Below are positions 10,427 to 22,874 of a stretch of DNA of 64,000 nucleotides, in pieces. The position numbers and the translations under genes were made by a program. Location of the stretch: contig BDGG01000009.1 in assembly GCA_001949185.1 (NCBI GenBank), forward strand, positions 290,465-354,464, given 5' to 3'. The number at the start of each line of letters is the position of its first letter. The first letter of the stretch is position 1. The stretch is from Ramazzottius varieornatus (taxonomy: Eukaryota > Animalia > Tardigrada). Under the pieces are notes generated by a model, which saw only the letters and a list, made by a program, of their open reading frames with translations, was not told where the DNA came from and did no database searches.

Positions 10427-13364
10427 ATGTACGGATTTCTCCTTCAGTCGGTTTCGTCCTACCTACAACAGAGACTGGGTGAAAGCTACCAGCTGGCTTT
10501 GGAGGAAGCGGGTATCAGTGAAGAGGTCTTCAACACTCACGACAACTATCCCGACGCTTACGTACCGGCGCTGGCGCGAGCTGCATCCCACGTGGCAAAA
10601 GACGGCACCACACCCGAAGATTTTCTGGAAATGTTTGGCCGCATGTTCGTTCAGGTAAGTCACTAGGTTGACATACTTTTAAAAGTCATACCTTTAAAAT
10701 GAAGTGCTGTTGATAGTATTGTCACGTTTACGGGCACGATAAGGTACGTGGACGGTATTGCATCTTGGAGTGCATTCACAATGTGCTTCACGAAATGAGA
10801 CGGTTAGGTCGCAGATAGGTACAGATGAGTCTATGCCATCATCTTTCTTGTAAGGAATACTATTACACAGATTCTGCGGGTTGCCGGAAGATATTTACGC
10901 GACCTGCTGCGCAACCTGAACCACTTGCATCACAGTATGCGTTACAGTTATCCACGAATGATCCATCCCTCCTTCATTGTCATGGAAGAGGATGTCAGTG
11001 GCATCATTCTTAAGTACGAATCGGTCCGCCTCGGCTTTGGACCTTACGTCATTGGCCAGGTACGTGCATTGCGATGGGTCTTTCCATCATCTTTTCAAAT
11101 GATCAAAGCCGCCTCCACAGATAATGGTCGATGTTTCGGCTATCGTATTTTGATAATAGATCAAAGAACTGGCCTCGAGGTTCTTTAATATCAAGACTAT
11201 GACCATCACCACCCTCAGCTACGCTGACTCGGATGATCGTGGTACCCATGTGGTGACGTTTGAGCTGAAGTTTCGTAATCTGGGATATCGGGATAGCATC
11301 TCCGGTTTCCGCTCACACTTTATCCATCCCTTCCCCAAGATGCAGGCCCATACCTTCTTCAGCATCCTACCCTACAGCTTCGGTACACTGAAGTCTTCTC
11401 GGTGAAATGTGCACACATATCGAACATACAGTTGTGTTTTCAAGTATTTGATGACGCCCTGGTGGTTCGCCACTGTGGCCCGAAATTTTCCCGCCTTTTC
11501 CAACAGCCGATCAAGGGTCGACCACTGAGCCAATCTTTTCAACCCAAGTTCCCTCACTTTGACATGTCTTTTCCCACGGTACGCCCATCATCAATTTGAC
11601 CGTGCCTTTGGCTGGGATAGACGGCCAAAGTGATGCTGTGGTTTTCCAACAGGCGCTTCGGATGCAAGATGTGGTCATTGAAATGGAGTCAGTGCCCTTC
11701 CTTCTCATATACAACCCACGAACCCACGCGCGGGTTCTGTCCAACAAGCGCCTTCTGCTGAAAGGCGAACTGCGACAGTTGTCTGCCACCTTGATTATCT
11801 ACATTAGCTCAACACCAACGTCAGTACTCGTGGTCTTTGAGGGCAGCGGACAAATCTGAAGGATGTGAATTTCAAGATTATTGGCTGATTGTTTTGTTGT
11901 GTGTAGGTTGAGCGATCTCCACGAAGTTGAAGACATTGGCTTTTACCTCAGCGATTTACCACTGCACAGCGGAAGCGCTGACCTGGCTTCGAACGGCTGG
12001 CATTCGTACAACGAAATCTTCCAGCATTTTCAGCAAGAAGCCGAAAAGAGCAAACAACTGGAAGAGCTTCATCAACAACAGAACGAATGGCGCCAGCGCG
12101 GTGACACTCTCCTTGGCTCCATGATCCCAAGGTTAGCTAGAAGAATGAGCACATCATTCCTGGTTCAACTGACACTTCGTTAGCTCAAGCATATCAAAAT
12201 GCTGAACATTCCTCTTGTAGATACCTGTTGGATAAGCTGAAGAACGGAAACGATGAAACCACTTCTACCACCCTGCTACAATATTGCGAGGTAGGCAATA
12301 TGGTCAAACGGGACCCGGGCGAAGAAGTTCGACCAGATCGTTTTCCCAAGTGGCGCGCCTCTTCGGTATTATTGCGGGAAACAATGGGCCACTCAAAAAA
12401 ATTATTCGTTTGCTGCAATGGCGCACCCTTCCAGCCAGCAATAATAGAGAGGTGCGCTCTTGTGCCGAGCTAGGAAACGCGCTCGCTTGTTAAATGTTAA
12501 CCATACCCTTCTGCAGTTAGTGAATAAGATTACTTGTATGATACATCGATGCTTCTGTTTTAGCCATATGACGAAGTGACCTTGATGTTTGTCCGTCTGT
12601 ATGATTTCACGAAAGTTTGGTAAGAAGTTGCCGAGTTCACTTTGGAAACTGGTCGCCTCAGTCCAGAATAATTGCGGTGTTAATATGGCCTTTTGTAGTG
12701 CGTCGTTGTCGGCAACGGAGACGTTGAGAGCCGTGAGTGTATGCTGGTCGACCATCGACTCGTTGACAGACTACTACGATGTCCTCAAAGTGGAGAACCG
12801 GGCAGAAGAGTACATGGTGGCCAGTGGCATTCCCAAGCTCAATGGTCATCAGCACGCTGCCGAGATCTCCGGCTTGGCATTACGTATCATGCGCACCATA
12901 TCTGCTCTCGATGTGCCGCAGATTCCCAGCACCGGCAAACTGACCATCCGCATCGGGATAAGCACCGGGCCTGTGGTCGGTGGCATCGTCGGTCTCCATC
13001 TTCCCCGCTTTTGCATCTTTGGCGATACCGTCAACACGGCTTCACGGATGGAATCGACAGGCTTGCGTAATATCGTGACTTTCTTCGGTTAAAGCTATAC
13101 GAGAAGTTTATCAATTTTACTTATGCTTCTCCAACTTCAGCTTTCCGAATTCAATGCGCGCCAAAAACGCACGACTTGCTGAAGGAGCTTGGAGGTTTCC
13201 AGCTCACCGAACGAGGCTTGATGCCGGTCAAGGTACCTTATTGTACCAAAAAACTGTCAGACCTATATCCACACCTTGATGAACTTGTACAGGGAAAAGG
13301 CGAAATGATGGTGTATTGGTTGACTGGACAAGACGACGGCAAGAACACAAGCATGAATTCCTGA
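10427..13364 (+). CDS. Atypical soluble guanylate cyclase (H-NOX, PAS/HNOBA, coiled-coil, cyclase domains), multi-exon
   Basis: MYG start; H-NOX LNHLHHSMRYSYP and YESVR (YxSxR); YLSDLPLH; LLGSMIP; IRIGISTGPVVGGIVGLHLPRFCIFGDTVNTASRMES; VKGKGEMMVYWL. Confidence 0.92.
12316..12490. repeat. Palindromic element copy 5, double core (sGC intron)
   Basis: tcgaccagatcgttttcccaagtggcgcg..gggccact..aatggcgcacccttccagcc..gtgcgctctt. Confidence 0.8.
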
Positions 13365-13485
13365 TTAACAACAACCTAGTTTCTTCTTGTTCTTCTCTGT
13401 ACTCGTATGTCTATTCAATTATCGAATCACCACAGATGATGTCACATCAAAACAGCGGTATCACAGAATCAGTCAGAAGTAAAAA

Positions 13486-14850
13486 TCATCTGAAGCGAGG
13501 CAACGGAACGATAGCAGCCGGCTTTTTATGGGCGGAAACAATACGCGAGGTCATCAATCTACTTGTTTTCAGCGCCAGCGTGTTCGCTGTCGAATGTGAG
13601 GCTTCCTCCTTTTTACCCGGCGTTTCACGGCCAGACTTGATCACAGTAACATCGCCACCGCCACCGCCACGGGTACGTGTTTGGTCACACTTGACGCCCA
13701 GAAGGGAGCTTCTCATCCGCCGACACTGCCTGCCACCACTATCGCCCGTCCCCGCCGTCTTGGTCGAAGCCGACGACAAGGATGACCTGGCAGTAACCGT
13801 TTCTTCCTTCTCAGCCATAGCGTGATTCATCCCATAGTCGTAGGACATCAAATCAGCTTCCGCTGACAAACCAGTGTTACCAAAGGAAGAATGCGAAGTC
13901 ATCGAGATGGAAGGTAGAGAGTATTCATCCCAGCTGTGACTTGAGCTAGATTTCTTCCGCTCTTGTAGGACGTTGCTCAGTTGTCGCGACTGCTTTTCCA
14001 AGAGCTGAATGCGCAGCTTATTGGCCATAATCTGCATGCGCATATCCAAGATGGCGTCGCCCGATGGGCGAGTGGAGCAGGGTCCATACGGGTCGGGGTA
14101 TGTCAGCAGCAGCAGCTCGTTCTTCTTCAGACTGTCTATTTCCTCCTCCAGTTCCTTGATTTTACTCCGTACACTACCGCTCTCTTCCTCGCCGTACGGT
14201 AGAGTGATGGTCGAGGTGGAACTGCGACGGGAGATTGTGCGTGTTCTGGACCGAAGGCTGTTTTGCATAGGGTGGAACTTGCGGCTTGACAAGCGGCTGG
14301 ACGTACTACGTGGAGGCGGGCTGGTTGACTCTGACCTTTTTCCCTGTTGGTAGGGATGACCATCATCATCAGGGTTTGAAAGTCGGGATGTTGGTCTTGA
14401 TTGCGAGATGACAGGGATGTTATCGTTGACGTGGGCGTCGACAGGCCGGAAAGCGGTGCGTGGTCTGAGGCCGGTCAACGGTCGTTCTTGTGCAGTTCGG
14501 ACAATGTCGAGAGCTTGGAGAACAAGCTGACTGATGGGAGGGGGCGTTTCACCGTCGGCTGTGTCGGCAAAGGGGGAAGATGAGGTGGAGGCAATGAGAG
14601 CCCGCAAGACGGAAGAGAGACGCGTCAGAAGCAGGCGTAAAAGTTTGGCTTCGATGGTTTGAAGGGCGGACTGGGACAAGCAAGCGGTGCTACAGGTTAA
14701 CAGGTTGTCGATTTGTGGAGAGTCGACGCTGTGATGGGATAAAATATGGCGGCTGAGGGTAGTACAGTTACCGCAAAGGAAGTCATCGACGTAAGAGTGG
14801 ATATCGGTCAGCTGGAGGCGCAGCTCTTTGACCGACAGATCTTCCGGCAT
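13486..14850 (-). CDS. CCDC157-like coiled-coil protein (single long ORF)
   Basis: The N-terminal LRLQLTDIHSYVDDF and C-terminal ELLLLTYPD..DMRMQIMANKLRIQLLEKQSRQLS resemble the conserved blocks of CCDC157 (from recall). ATG of MPEDL at 14850. Confidence 0.65.
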   Translation of the reverse strand: MPEDLSVKELRLQLTDIHSYVDDFLCGNCTTLSRHILSHHSVDSPQIDNLLTCSTACLSQSALQTIEAKLLRLLLTRLSSVLRALIASTSSSPFADTADGETPPPISQLVLQALDIVRTAQERPLTGLRPRTAFRPVDAHVNDNIPVISQSRPTSRLSNPDDDGHPYQQGKRSESTSPPPRSTSSRLSSRKFHPMQNSLRSRTRTISRRSSTSTITLPYGEEESGSVRSKIKELEEEIDSLKKNELLLLTYPDPYGPCSTRPSGDAILDMRMQIMANKLRIQLLEKQSRQLSNVLQERKKSSSSHSWDEYSLPSISMTSHSSFGNTGLSAEADLMSYDYGMNHAMAEKEETVTARSSLSSASTKTAGTGDSGGRQCRRMRSSLLGVKCDQTRTRGGGGGDVTVIKSGRETPGKKEEASHSTANTLALKTSRLMTSRIVSAHKKPAAIVPLPRFR

Positions 14851-15198
14851 GTTTGCCACTCCGTCCTAAGTCCACTCAGCGCACCATCGATTCGTCATGT
14901 GCATGAAAGATAGTCGTGCCATAATTTGAACCGAAGATCGGAGTCGTCAGTATTGATGACTGTTCGAAATTTATCGCTAAAGGTAGCTTGGTGACCGGCA
15001 AGGGCAGAGAGATTAGAGGAGGTACAGTGTACGACAAAATAAACCGTTGGAAATGAGTGTTGGATGGAGCCAGATGGCTCAAGCCAATGAAATTTGCGCA
15101 TACAGCAAAACCTAATTCTCATTGGCTGAGGGGTAAGCAAGCTCCAGCTGGAGTGCTACGCCCATTTTTAACGGTTAATTTTGTCGTACACTGTAGAG

Positions 15199-15507
15199 TA
15201 GAGCACTGGGCCGCAGGTCCAAAAGTACGCTGTAACTGTGCTGCGCACATTACCAGGGCGCTGTACGCTGCGCTGTGCTGCACAACTTTCATGCCCAGTG
15301 CTTAAGCAGCTGTGCTGCAGATGCACGTTGACCTGGTGCAACTGCGCGGAACGCCGATGAATTGACGTGGTTTGTAATTCAGTCAGCGAAATGGAGAACC
15401 TGGAGAACGTTGCCCTAAAGTACGGCAAAGCTGAGACGCTGCAGCTGTGCTGCAGCACAGCACAGCTGCATTGCAGTGCAGCGCATGCGACCAGATTCCG
15501 TGCTCTA
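15199..15507. mobile_element. hAT-type MITE with 8-bp TSD
   Basis: Termini tagagcac / gtgctcta, perfect flanking duplication ctgtagag, internal gctgtgctgca repeats. Confidence 0.8.
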
Positions 15508-15659
15508 CTGTAGAGGAACCGCTGTATTTACCGTAGAGGCCCAAAACATGGAAGCGGTAGACGCACTCACCACGACGGCGAACAACACCATTGGTCCGAT
15601 ACGCACAGAGGCCATGCTCCGGCAGAGTCGGTCACATTACGGTTACTCGACTGTTGAAT

Positions 15660-16073
15660 TAGTGCCAATCCTTTTACCACGCGCCCCCACGCAGCGCACC
15701 CACCGCCGGTTGTCGGAGGCGGTGCCAGACTGAGCGCAGAAATGCACGATGGGCCTTCGCGCATGACACGCACATGCATGCCATGCACTGGCTGAAATCA
15801 AACTCAGCTAAGTATGTGGCAGAGCGTACGAGTCGGTCAAGTTAAATTTCGTCCGCCTGTGGTCACGGAACGCATGAACAGTGACGTAAGGTGAGCGAAA
15901 TTTAGTATGCCTAGTTTGGACCAGCTCCCTCGTTTCTTTTGTGAGAGACGGCTCGATACGGGTTCGACAGTGCGGTCACATGTGATGCGGTTACGCCTGA
16001 GACGTGTGCTGCGTCAGTTGTTCTGGCCTATCTGGCTTGCGCGTAATATCGGGTGGTAAAAGGATTGGCACTA
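15660..16073. mobile_element. hAT-type MITE with 21-bp perfect TIR
   Basis: TIR tagtgccaatccttttaccac / gtggtaaaaggattggcacta; TSD tgttgaat / tgttaaat. Confidence 0.88.
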
Positions 16074-17105
16074 TGTTAAATTGATAAGATTCCTAGGTTA
16101 TACAGCGTCGAAGCACGATGGTATGGAACCGTGCAAACTCAACAGCACACTGCAAGGCTAACGTCCACGAGTAATTCGAGCGTTCACAGGTGGCCAGGAG
16201 AAAGCAGCAGGTGGAAGGAAGCTAAGAAGCCTCGTCGAGCACGGGATGTCAAGCTGCTTACGCAATAACCTGGTGAATTCGTTCAGAAGTGCTTTATGTG
16301 TCACGTGTCTTGCTCACCCGTGAGCGAAGCTTGTTTGTCCACGTGGTTCGATACTTACTTACGGTAGCAGCTCCGCAGTGAGCCGTATTTAGGTGCTTGC
16401 CGGACCTACGCCACAAACGCAGGCGCTTCATGTGCCTGCACGCATAGTTAATGGGCAATCTATCAGGTAAGGCCGAACTGTCGGTTTGTCCAAGCAGCTA
16501 AAGGTCATCCGAGGTCATCGATTTGACCTCGACCTTTAATGGTCGCTAGTCCGGCAATGACTTTATCATTGGAAGACTGGCGTGACGTGCGTACGCGTTC
16601 CTCTACCCCCTCTAGTCTCTCTGGCAAGGGCATCAGAAGAAAAAACAGTTTATCAAGGCGGGTCGATCGACAAACATTTCAAACGTGGAAGAAAACACTA
16701 AATACTTTCAGAAAGCAAGCCTCGAACTCGAACACCCGGAAGTGTAATAAGACTTGCTGTCAAGCACCGACTAAATTATTCAGTATCAATATCGTTGCTC
16801 GTCAAATGTGTGACATAGTTTGTTCGACTCACAAGGCAAATCCCGCTGTTGGCGTAGTTGAAAGATAGAGGAGTTTTGTTATTGTCTGAAGACTTTCTTA
16901 AGATTGGTAAAATCACAATGAGAAGGAGAAGATCAGATACGAGTCCGCAGTGCGTCGACAAGCTTTCTTTGGTTCAGTACAGTACAGCAGCAACGACTAT
17001 AGCGCGTTATGGCGTTGATTCTGCGTCGGCTTCTCTGGCTTTCACCAGAGCTTTTACTGCACATCACATTTAATTTAACGTCACCGATCGATGGTTCAGG
17101 ACTTT

Positions 17106-20100
17106 TCATGGCCGCTGGTAGGTACAGGCTGAAAGAGTGGAAAGGATGAGCATTGGGAAGAGCAGGTAGAAGAAGGTGGAGTGCGGTCGGCCGGCCACCG
17201 ATTCCACGTTGATCTTGTCCGTTTCGTATTTGGCGTAAGAGCGGTAGCGTAGCACTTTCCGACCGCCCAACTCCTGTACAGGCCGGAAGTTGTTTTTGAT
17301 GAAAGGTGCAGCCGTATGATTATCACTTTTATCCGGGTGGAAGGCCCGCAAAGATCGGAAAGCCGCCAACTGCAACATACAGAAATTATTTCTCTACGAG
17401 ATATCGGTCCGGGCCGTGCCGACACCAACTTGAAAAGATAATTATTTCGAAGGTAAAGAGCAGTGAATCGATCTTGGCAAACGACTAGATCGTTTCCCAA
17501 AGTGGCGCACGGATTCGATGTTTTTGGCTGGCCGCATGCGTCGCTCACAATGTGACTTTGTCGACTTTGGTTTTCCCAGTGACGCACGTTTCCATCAAAT
17601 ATGGCTTAAGAGCGTGCGCCACTTGGGAAAACCATCTGGTCGAGTTTGTTTGACAATCTCCCAAAGAGATTGTCAAACCAGAATGGTTTTGAAAAGAATG
17701 GTTTGTAAAGTTGTGAATTTGGCCGCATGTCACATACTTGGTTGGAATTAACGCGAATAGGTTGGCGCATGACCGACCATTGCACAGTGACATCGCAAGG
17801 CGGTGTCGTCAGAGATCCATTATAGCGGAAGAAGTCGGGTAGATGAGGAAGAATGGATTTGAGGGTGAAGTCTGGCAATGTCACATTACGTACAGCTGAA
17901 AAGCCACAAGGAACACGTCAGTCTCTCTTCACGAAGCCCTTCAGTAGGCATGTCGAGCCCCAGCTCGAGCCGGCAACAGAGACTATTGGGCCCAATGCTC
18001 CTGTTTATCCCTTCTTGTTGACTTTGTAACACAAAGTCGGCCATGCTAGCGTCAATGGATAGAAGGAGCACTTCTTTTTTTGGTACTTACTGCCTGCAGC
18101 TTGGATCAACTGTAAAGCGTTGGTAATAGGAGTGAGCTGATGATTGGCAACGTTGCCCAACTCAAAGAAAACAGCCACCACAGCATATCCAATCTCGTCG
18201 TTGGCACGTTCCTGCGCACTCTTGTTGCGCCGCAAATGGACCAAATGCATCTGGAAACATGAGAACCGTCACGTAAACGATACCCTCTCCACAGATTCGC
18301 TATAAACTTTAAGCGAAGAGCAGCTGGATAGCCACCCGTACTTTCAACTCTTGTCTAAACAAATACTGATATCTGGTATTTTGCGACAAAGGACCGAAGA
18401 ACTTTGAGCGAATGAGGCACGTATAGGGGCTCAGCAAACTCACTCAACCAAATCGCTTTTTCAAGTGGCGCATGCTTCCAGCTAATATCACCCAGTACGT
18501 GCGCAACTTGGAAAAGCAAGCGCGGTAAAATTGATTTTACAAGCGGCGCGCGCTTCCAGCCAATATCACTACGAATGTGCCAAAATTATGAAACGTGTCT
18601 GGTCGAGTTTGTTTGCCGAGCCCTCGTGAGGTACCTCAAGAGGGTAGCGTCTCCCATCCAGGTGGTGTTCCGAACCGTAGTGATCGACGTGGGCCCAGTG
18701 GAAGTGTATTTGGACTAGGGAATACTTTGCGTGGAGACTTCCGCCTTGTAGTTGCGGCGAACAAGGAAAGTCAGCGGATAGTTTCACTGTAAACAGCCAC
18801 CAGTATACGTAAACGAGTTGAAATATCGGACAAAACTACTGATTGGCGCGAAGAAATTAAGTTATCGAAAGAGCGGCAAAGTTTACCTGTATAGCCGTTG
18901 TTTTCTAAACGCCATAAATGTCCCGGTGGGACTTCGTCGTAGTCGATGAACTGGATGGGACGCATGGTGTAATCCTCGGTCACTGTTTGAAAGTCGATAT
19001 TGATGGGCGATTGGTGTGACCGACCGCACACCGGGTACTCGTCTTTCCATCTTTCCGACTGAACATTCTCCCAACTTAAGTCTTCCAACCGAACAAGCCG
19101 TAGTCCTGCAAACACTTGTAGTCATAACCACTGCTGCTTTTCACATGGCGGTAAATGAGTTCACGAATCACTCAACCATGGACCAATTTAGATTTCATTC
19201 CGTTTCTCGTAGCAGCCAAATGGCGCCCACATTTGCATACTATATTTTACAAAGCATTGATTGGGTTGATTGCTTCCTCGTTCAACATCATTGCACTACG
19301 GTACGGTTCGGACATCGGTAAATGAGTTCGTCCAGAAGATTTCCCGAATGGCGCACTTTCCTGGCCAAAACAATGAAGACGTGCGCCACTCGGAATAGCG
19401 TTGTGGATGGAATCAACCGCCGACGGTAAGATGGCCCGGATGTTTCGAACAAAGAAGTCATCAGCACAAAAAGCTGTCATAATATTTTATCTTGTGGTCT
19501 GAAAGATGCATGGTTCTTTGTGCTTTTTGACTGTGCTAGTGGGGTGAGGAAAGATGAAGGTGAAGACAGAGACGATCAAGGTGAAGACGTTGGTGTCAGT
19601 TAGCGAAATTGAGTGACAGTGTGTGATGAAGGCTCGAAGCTGGAGGCTGGATTGAGCTATGCTTGCCGTAAATTACGCAATAGCCATGCATTCGCCATGC
19701 CAATTTTCAAGGCTGATATTCATGGATTATTTCGTCCGTCTCCTCTTCCTTCTTTTTGCTCGGTATCTAACCTCCCTTTTGCTGATCAAAATTCAGGAGG
19801 CTTCCTTCCGTCAAGGAAACGTTATATCGATCGGGTTACACCAGCGGACTTCAGCCGAGGGTGAACGCACAAATCACGACATTATCATGCACTGATTCCA
19901 CCTCTTCAAAATTTTACTAGCTCAACCAAAAACCTCGTGAGGAAATAAAAAATATAAATAGCGTTTTTTGAAAACCGATGGTATAGGAAAACCAGCAAAC
20001 AATCAGTACAATAAAGATAATATTTGGATTCCGACCTGGAGAAAAACCCGAAAATAGACTTGCTTACCGTTGAAGAATCCAGCAGCAATCAGCAAAAGTC

Positions 20101-20116
20101 TATCTGACGGTGTCAT
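17106..20116 (-). CDS. Alpha-carbonic anhydrase, probably secreted/GPI-anchored
   Basis: QSPINI, QIHFHW..GSEH..YPLEMHLVH (three Zn-binding His), YNGSLTTPPC, NNFRPVQ and a hydrophobic C-terminus. Exon 1 (MTPSDRLLLIAAGFFN, 20116) is inferred from a phase-compatible GT donor. Confidence 0.88.
17474..17655. repeat. Palindromic element copy 6, double core (CA intron)
   Basis: ttggcaaac..aagtggcgcac..agtgacgcac..gtgcgccacttgggaaaaccatctggtcgagtttgtttg. Confidence 0.88.
18431..18620. repeat. Palindromic element copy 7, double core (CA intron)
   Basis: caagtggcgca-N27-tgcgcaacttg..caagcggcgcg..tctggtcgagtttgtttgccgag. Confidence 0.88.
19315..19423. repeat. Palindromic element copy 8 (CA intron 1)
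   Basis: gaatggcgca-N26-tgcgccactc. Confidence 0.75.
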
Positions 20117-21071
20117 TATTCGAATAAGACGCAATTTCTCACCGCAGTGACACAGGATTTCAGAACATCTACACCTATATCAAGCGACACTATTTCCCGG
20201 TTCGCACATCAGTCGACGGCGATCCTCGAATTTGTACGCAGTGGATCATCATGTCGAGATGAGCAGGTCGGAGGTTATCAGCTTGTGAGCCAGGTCACAA
20301 CACAATCTCGGAAAGGCAGATATGCGATAAAAGAAGGAAGATGATGCTGCCAAAATGGAATATCCGTTTTACAATAAATTCCGGCGTGGCGCGGGCTCAT
20401 CGGATTGCGTATGCCTTCGATATCCATCAAGACGTACAAACGATTGCAGTTACATGTAGTAAGGAGAGAAGTTCCTAAGGGAGGAGAAGTACTGCAAGCT
20501 CCCTCATGGATTCATCTTGTCTTGGCAGAGAAGACCCCAGCTGGTTGGCGCGAACAGTATATCACAGGCAGAATGACGTCAGGGAGCACTTGAAACGCCA
20601 CGCTACTCAAGACTGATGGAAGAGATCGAAGACGATGGGCGCGCGTCAGATCGATGGCAAAGCGAAGCATCCTCCATCCACAGACGAACTGCCCTCTCCC
20701 CTGACAATCTGGCACTTCTCGGGGTTCTCTGTGCAGGAAGCTGACCGTACAGCTTTACACAGAGTATTATATATGAGCTTTGTGTGAAACTCTGCAAGAT
20801 ACTCTAAATTCGCTAGACTACCGATCACAGATGGGACAAATGACAAAAATCCATTTGACTGTCGCACCTTGTCGGCCATAACAATCAGACGGACTCCTCC
20901 CAACTCTCAGGTCGTGAGTAAAAAACCTCGTTCCTGCCACACTATAGTTGCTGTACAAAAGCACATCTACAACACGGAAAAGGAAAGAGAGAAGATTTAT
21001 CGCGAGGAATCGAAAATGGGCATTTTTCGTGAAGAGGAACGTCGGTAAATGAATTGAACACGGTCTTTATC

Positions 21072-21153
21072 TCAACCGGCGCACGTTTCCATTCGTCCTG
21101 ACCGGAGGTTTGCGCCACTAGCGAACACGATCATGCTCAGTTCATTTGCCGAC
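21072..21153. repeat. Palindromic element copy 9 (3' end of C2-IPT gene)
   Basis: ccggcgcacg..tgcgccacta..gatcatgctcagttcatttgccgac. Confidence 0.7.
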
Positions 21154-22874
21154 GTCCCAAATTGTGTTCCACTTGAAGAAGCGCGTATTACGAGACAACA
21201 AAGAGAGCTGGATAAATTAGCGACCGCTGTAGAACGACGAACGTCTTTGGGATGGGAATTTTTCGGCGGGTGGTAGGCTTTGTAGCCGCCTAACGTACGC
21301 TTTGGCTTCTCTGTTGTGCTCCTCGAGACCTTCAAATTTAAGATCCGACATCATGCGCAAGTTCCACAAGAAGTGCCCCAAGCACTGTGATTTCCAGTTT
21401 TTTTCCTTACCGTTGATCCGCACGATACATTTCGTGTTCTCCATCGTCAAAGCAGCCTCATTTGCCTCCAGTTGCTGCAACGCGACCAAATGACTAGTCT
21501 CGTCATCCGGCTTCTCCTCGGCATCTCCGTATAAAGAGTCAAACACCTCCAACAACTGGCAGGCTACACCCTTGCCACCACTTTTGGTGTACAAAGTCAC
21601 CACGCCCCTACACGGCACCCAGCGTTTGACTCGACATTTCAGCTTTGTCGACGAGACATACTCTATACCTTCCACGCAGTCCTGGCCGCAGATAAATAAA
21701 TGCGCAACATCATCGGGGTCTTTGCCCAAATTATATCCAACAATGGTCACTGGGGTGTTTCCCAACGTCGATACACGGATCGGCTGGACATTCAGTATCA
21801 CTGGGGACCTCTCTCGGTCGAAATGTTTGCTCTTTGTGCTATGGATAATGCTGAGCGGGTCGTCGGCAGTGGCCTGCTCCGTTAACATCTCAGATAAACT
21901 CTTGAACATTCTTTGGGTTTCAAGTTGACAACTTGTTCCCTCAGCCTGCATCAAAAGACGCGAAAGAGACTTGTTTCTTGTCAGAAAAGACTTCTCGATG
22001 TCTCCAGTTGAATCTTTGATCTTAGCAACCCACCTGGTTCGAACACTGAAGACCAGCTGGATCGGTTCGTTCGCTTGTGGAACCTTAACGCTGCCTTTGG
22101 TTATTCCCGCTTGACTGGCACCATTGGCGGAATGGAGAATGCATGTGAAGATTTCTCTGTTCTTTTGGCGACGTCGGAGGTTGCCAATTTGACTTTGTGG
22201 ATGGCTGTAAGCTCCAATGAGACCAAGTGTTTCATCATACAGTCGAATAATCAACGGGCTGGTTTCCCCTTTTGGAACGTTGCTGCAAACGAGACAGGTA
22301 GACATAAATGGAAGCTCGATAAACAAACTCGACCAGGTCGCTTGACCAAATGGCGCACGTCATCGGTGGTATTGGCGGGAAGCTTGCGGCACTTGGGAAA
22401 CATGATTTTATCGAGTTTGCTGTCCCAAGTGGCGCACAATTTCAGCGTTATTGGCCGGAAGGATGCGTCACTCAGGAAAACGTTCTGGTCGAGCTTGCTT
22501 GCCGAACCACCAGTGGAGTCATAGGTTACATTGATCGTGGCAGCAAGGGAATATTTTAGCGTACAACGTCCACGACTCGTTATAGATGGCGCGTCCGTTT
22601 TCACTGGTATACACTGACGTTCTAGCCACCTGGTCTCCGATGGAAAGCAGAATGGAAGACTCGGATATGAAGGGTCCATATTTTCGTTCTTGCAACAGCG
22701 GCAAATTTCGAGCATTCAATACTGTCAAGTGAACAACAATTTCAATGCGGTACCCGATTTCCGTGGCTGCTTCGCGTACTGAAATCGCAAATTCCGCGCA
22801 GCTATACTTTTGGGCTACTCACTAAGAATTTCAAAATTGTCCGATAACCGATAGTAGCTTGCATGGTTCCCCAT
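21072..22874 (-). CDS. C2-domain + IPT/TIG (Sec5-like) + coiled-coil protein
   Basis: VHLTVLNARNLP..ARTSV..AIYNESW is C2-like; PVTIVGYNLG..LFICGQDC..KLKCRV..VTLYTKSGGKG is IPT. The 3' end and some splice sites are uncertain. Confidence 0.65.
22316..22506. repeat. Palindromic element copy 10, double core (C2-IPT intron)
   Basis: aaacaaactcgaccagg..aatggcgcac..tgcggcacttg..caagtggcgcac..tctggtcgagcttgcttgccga. Confidence 0.88.
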
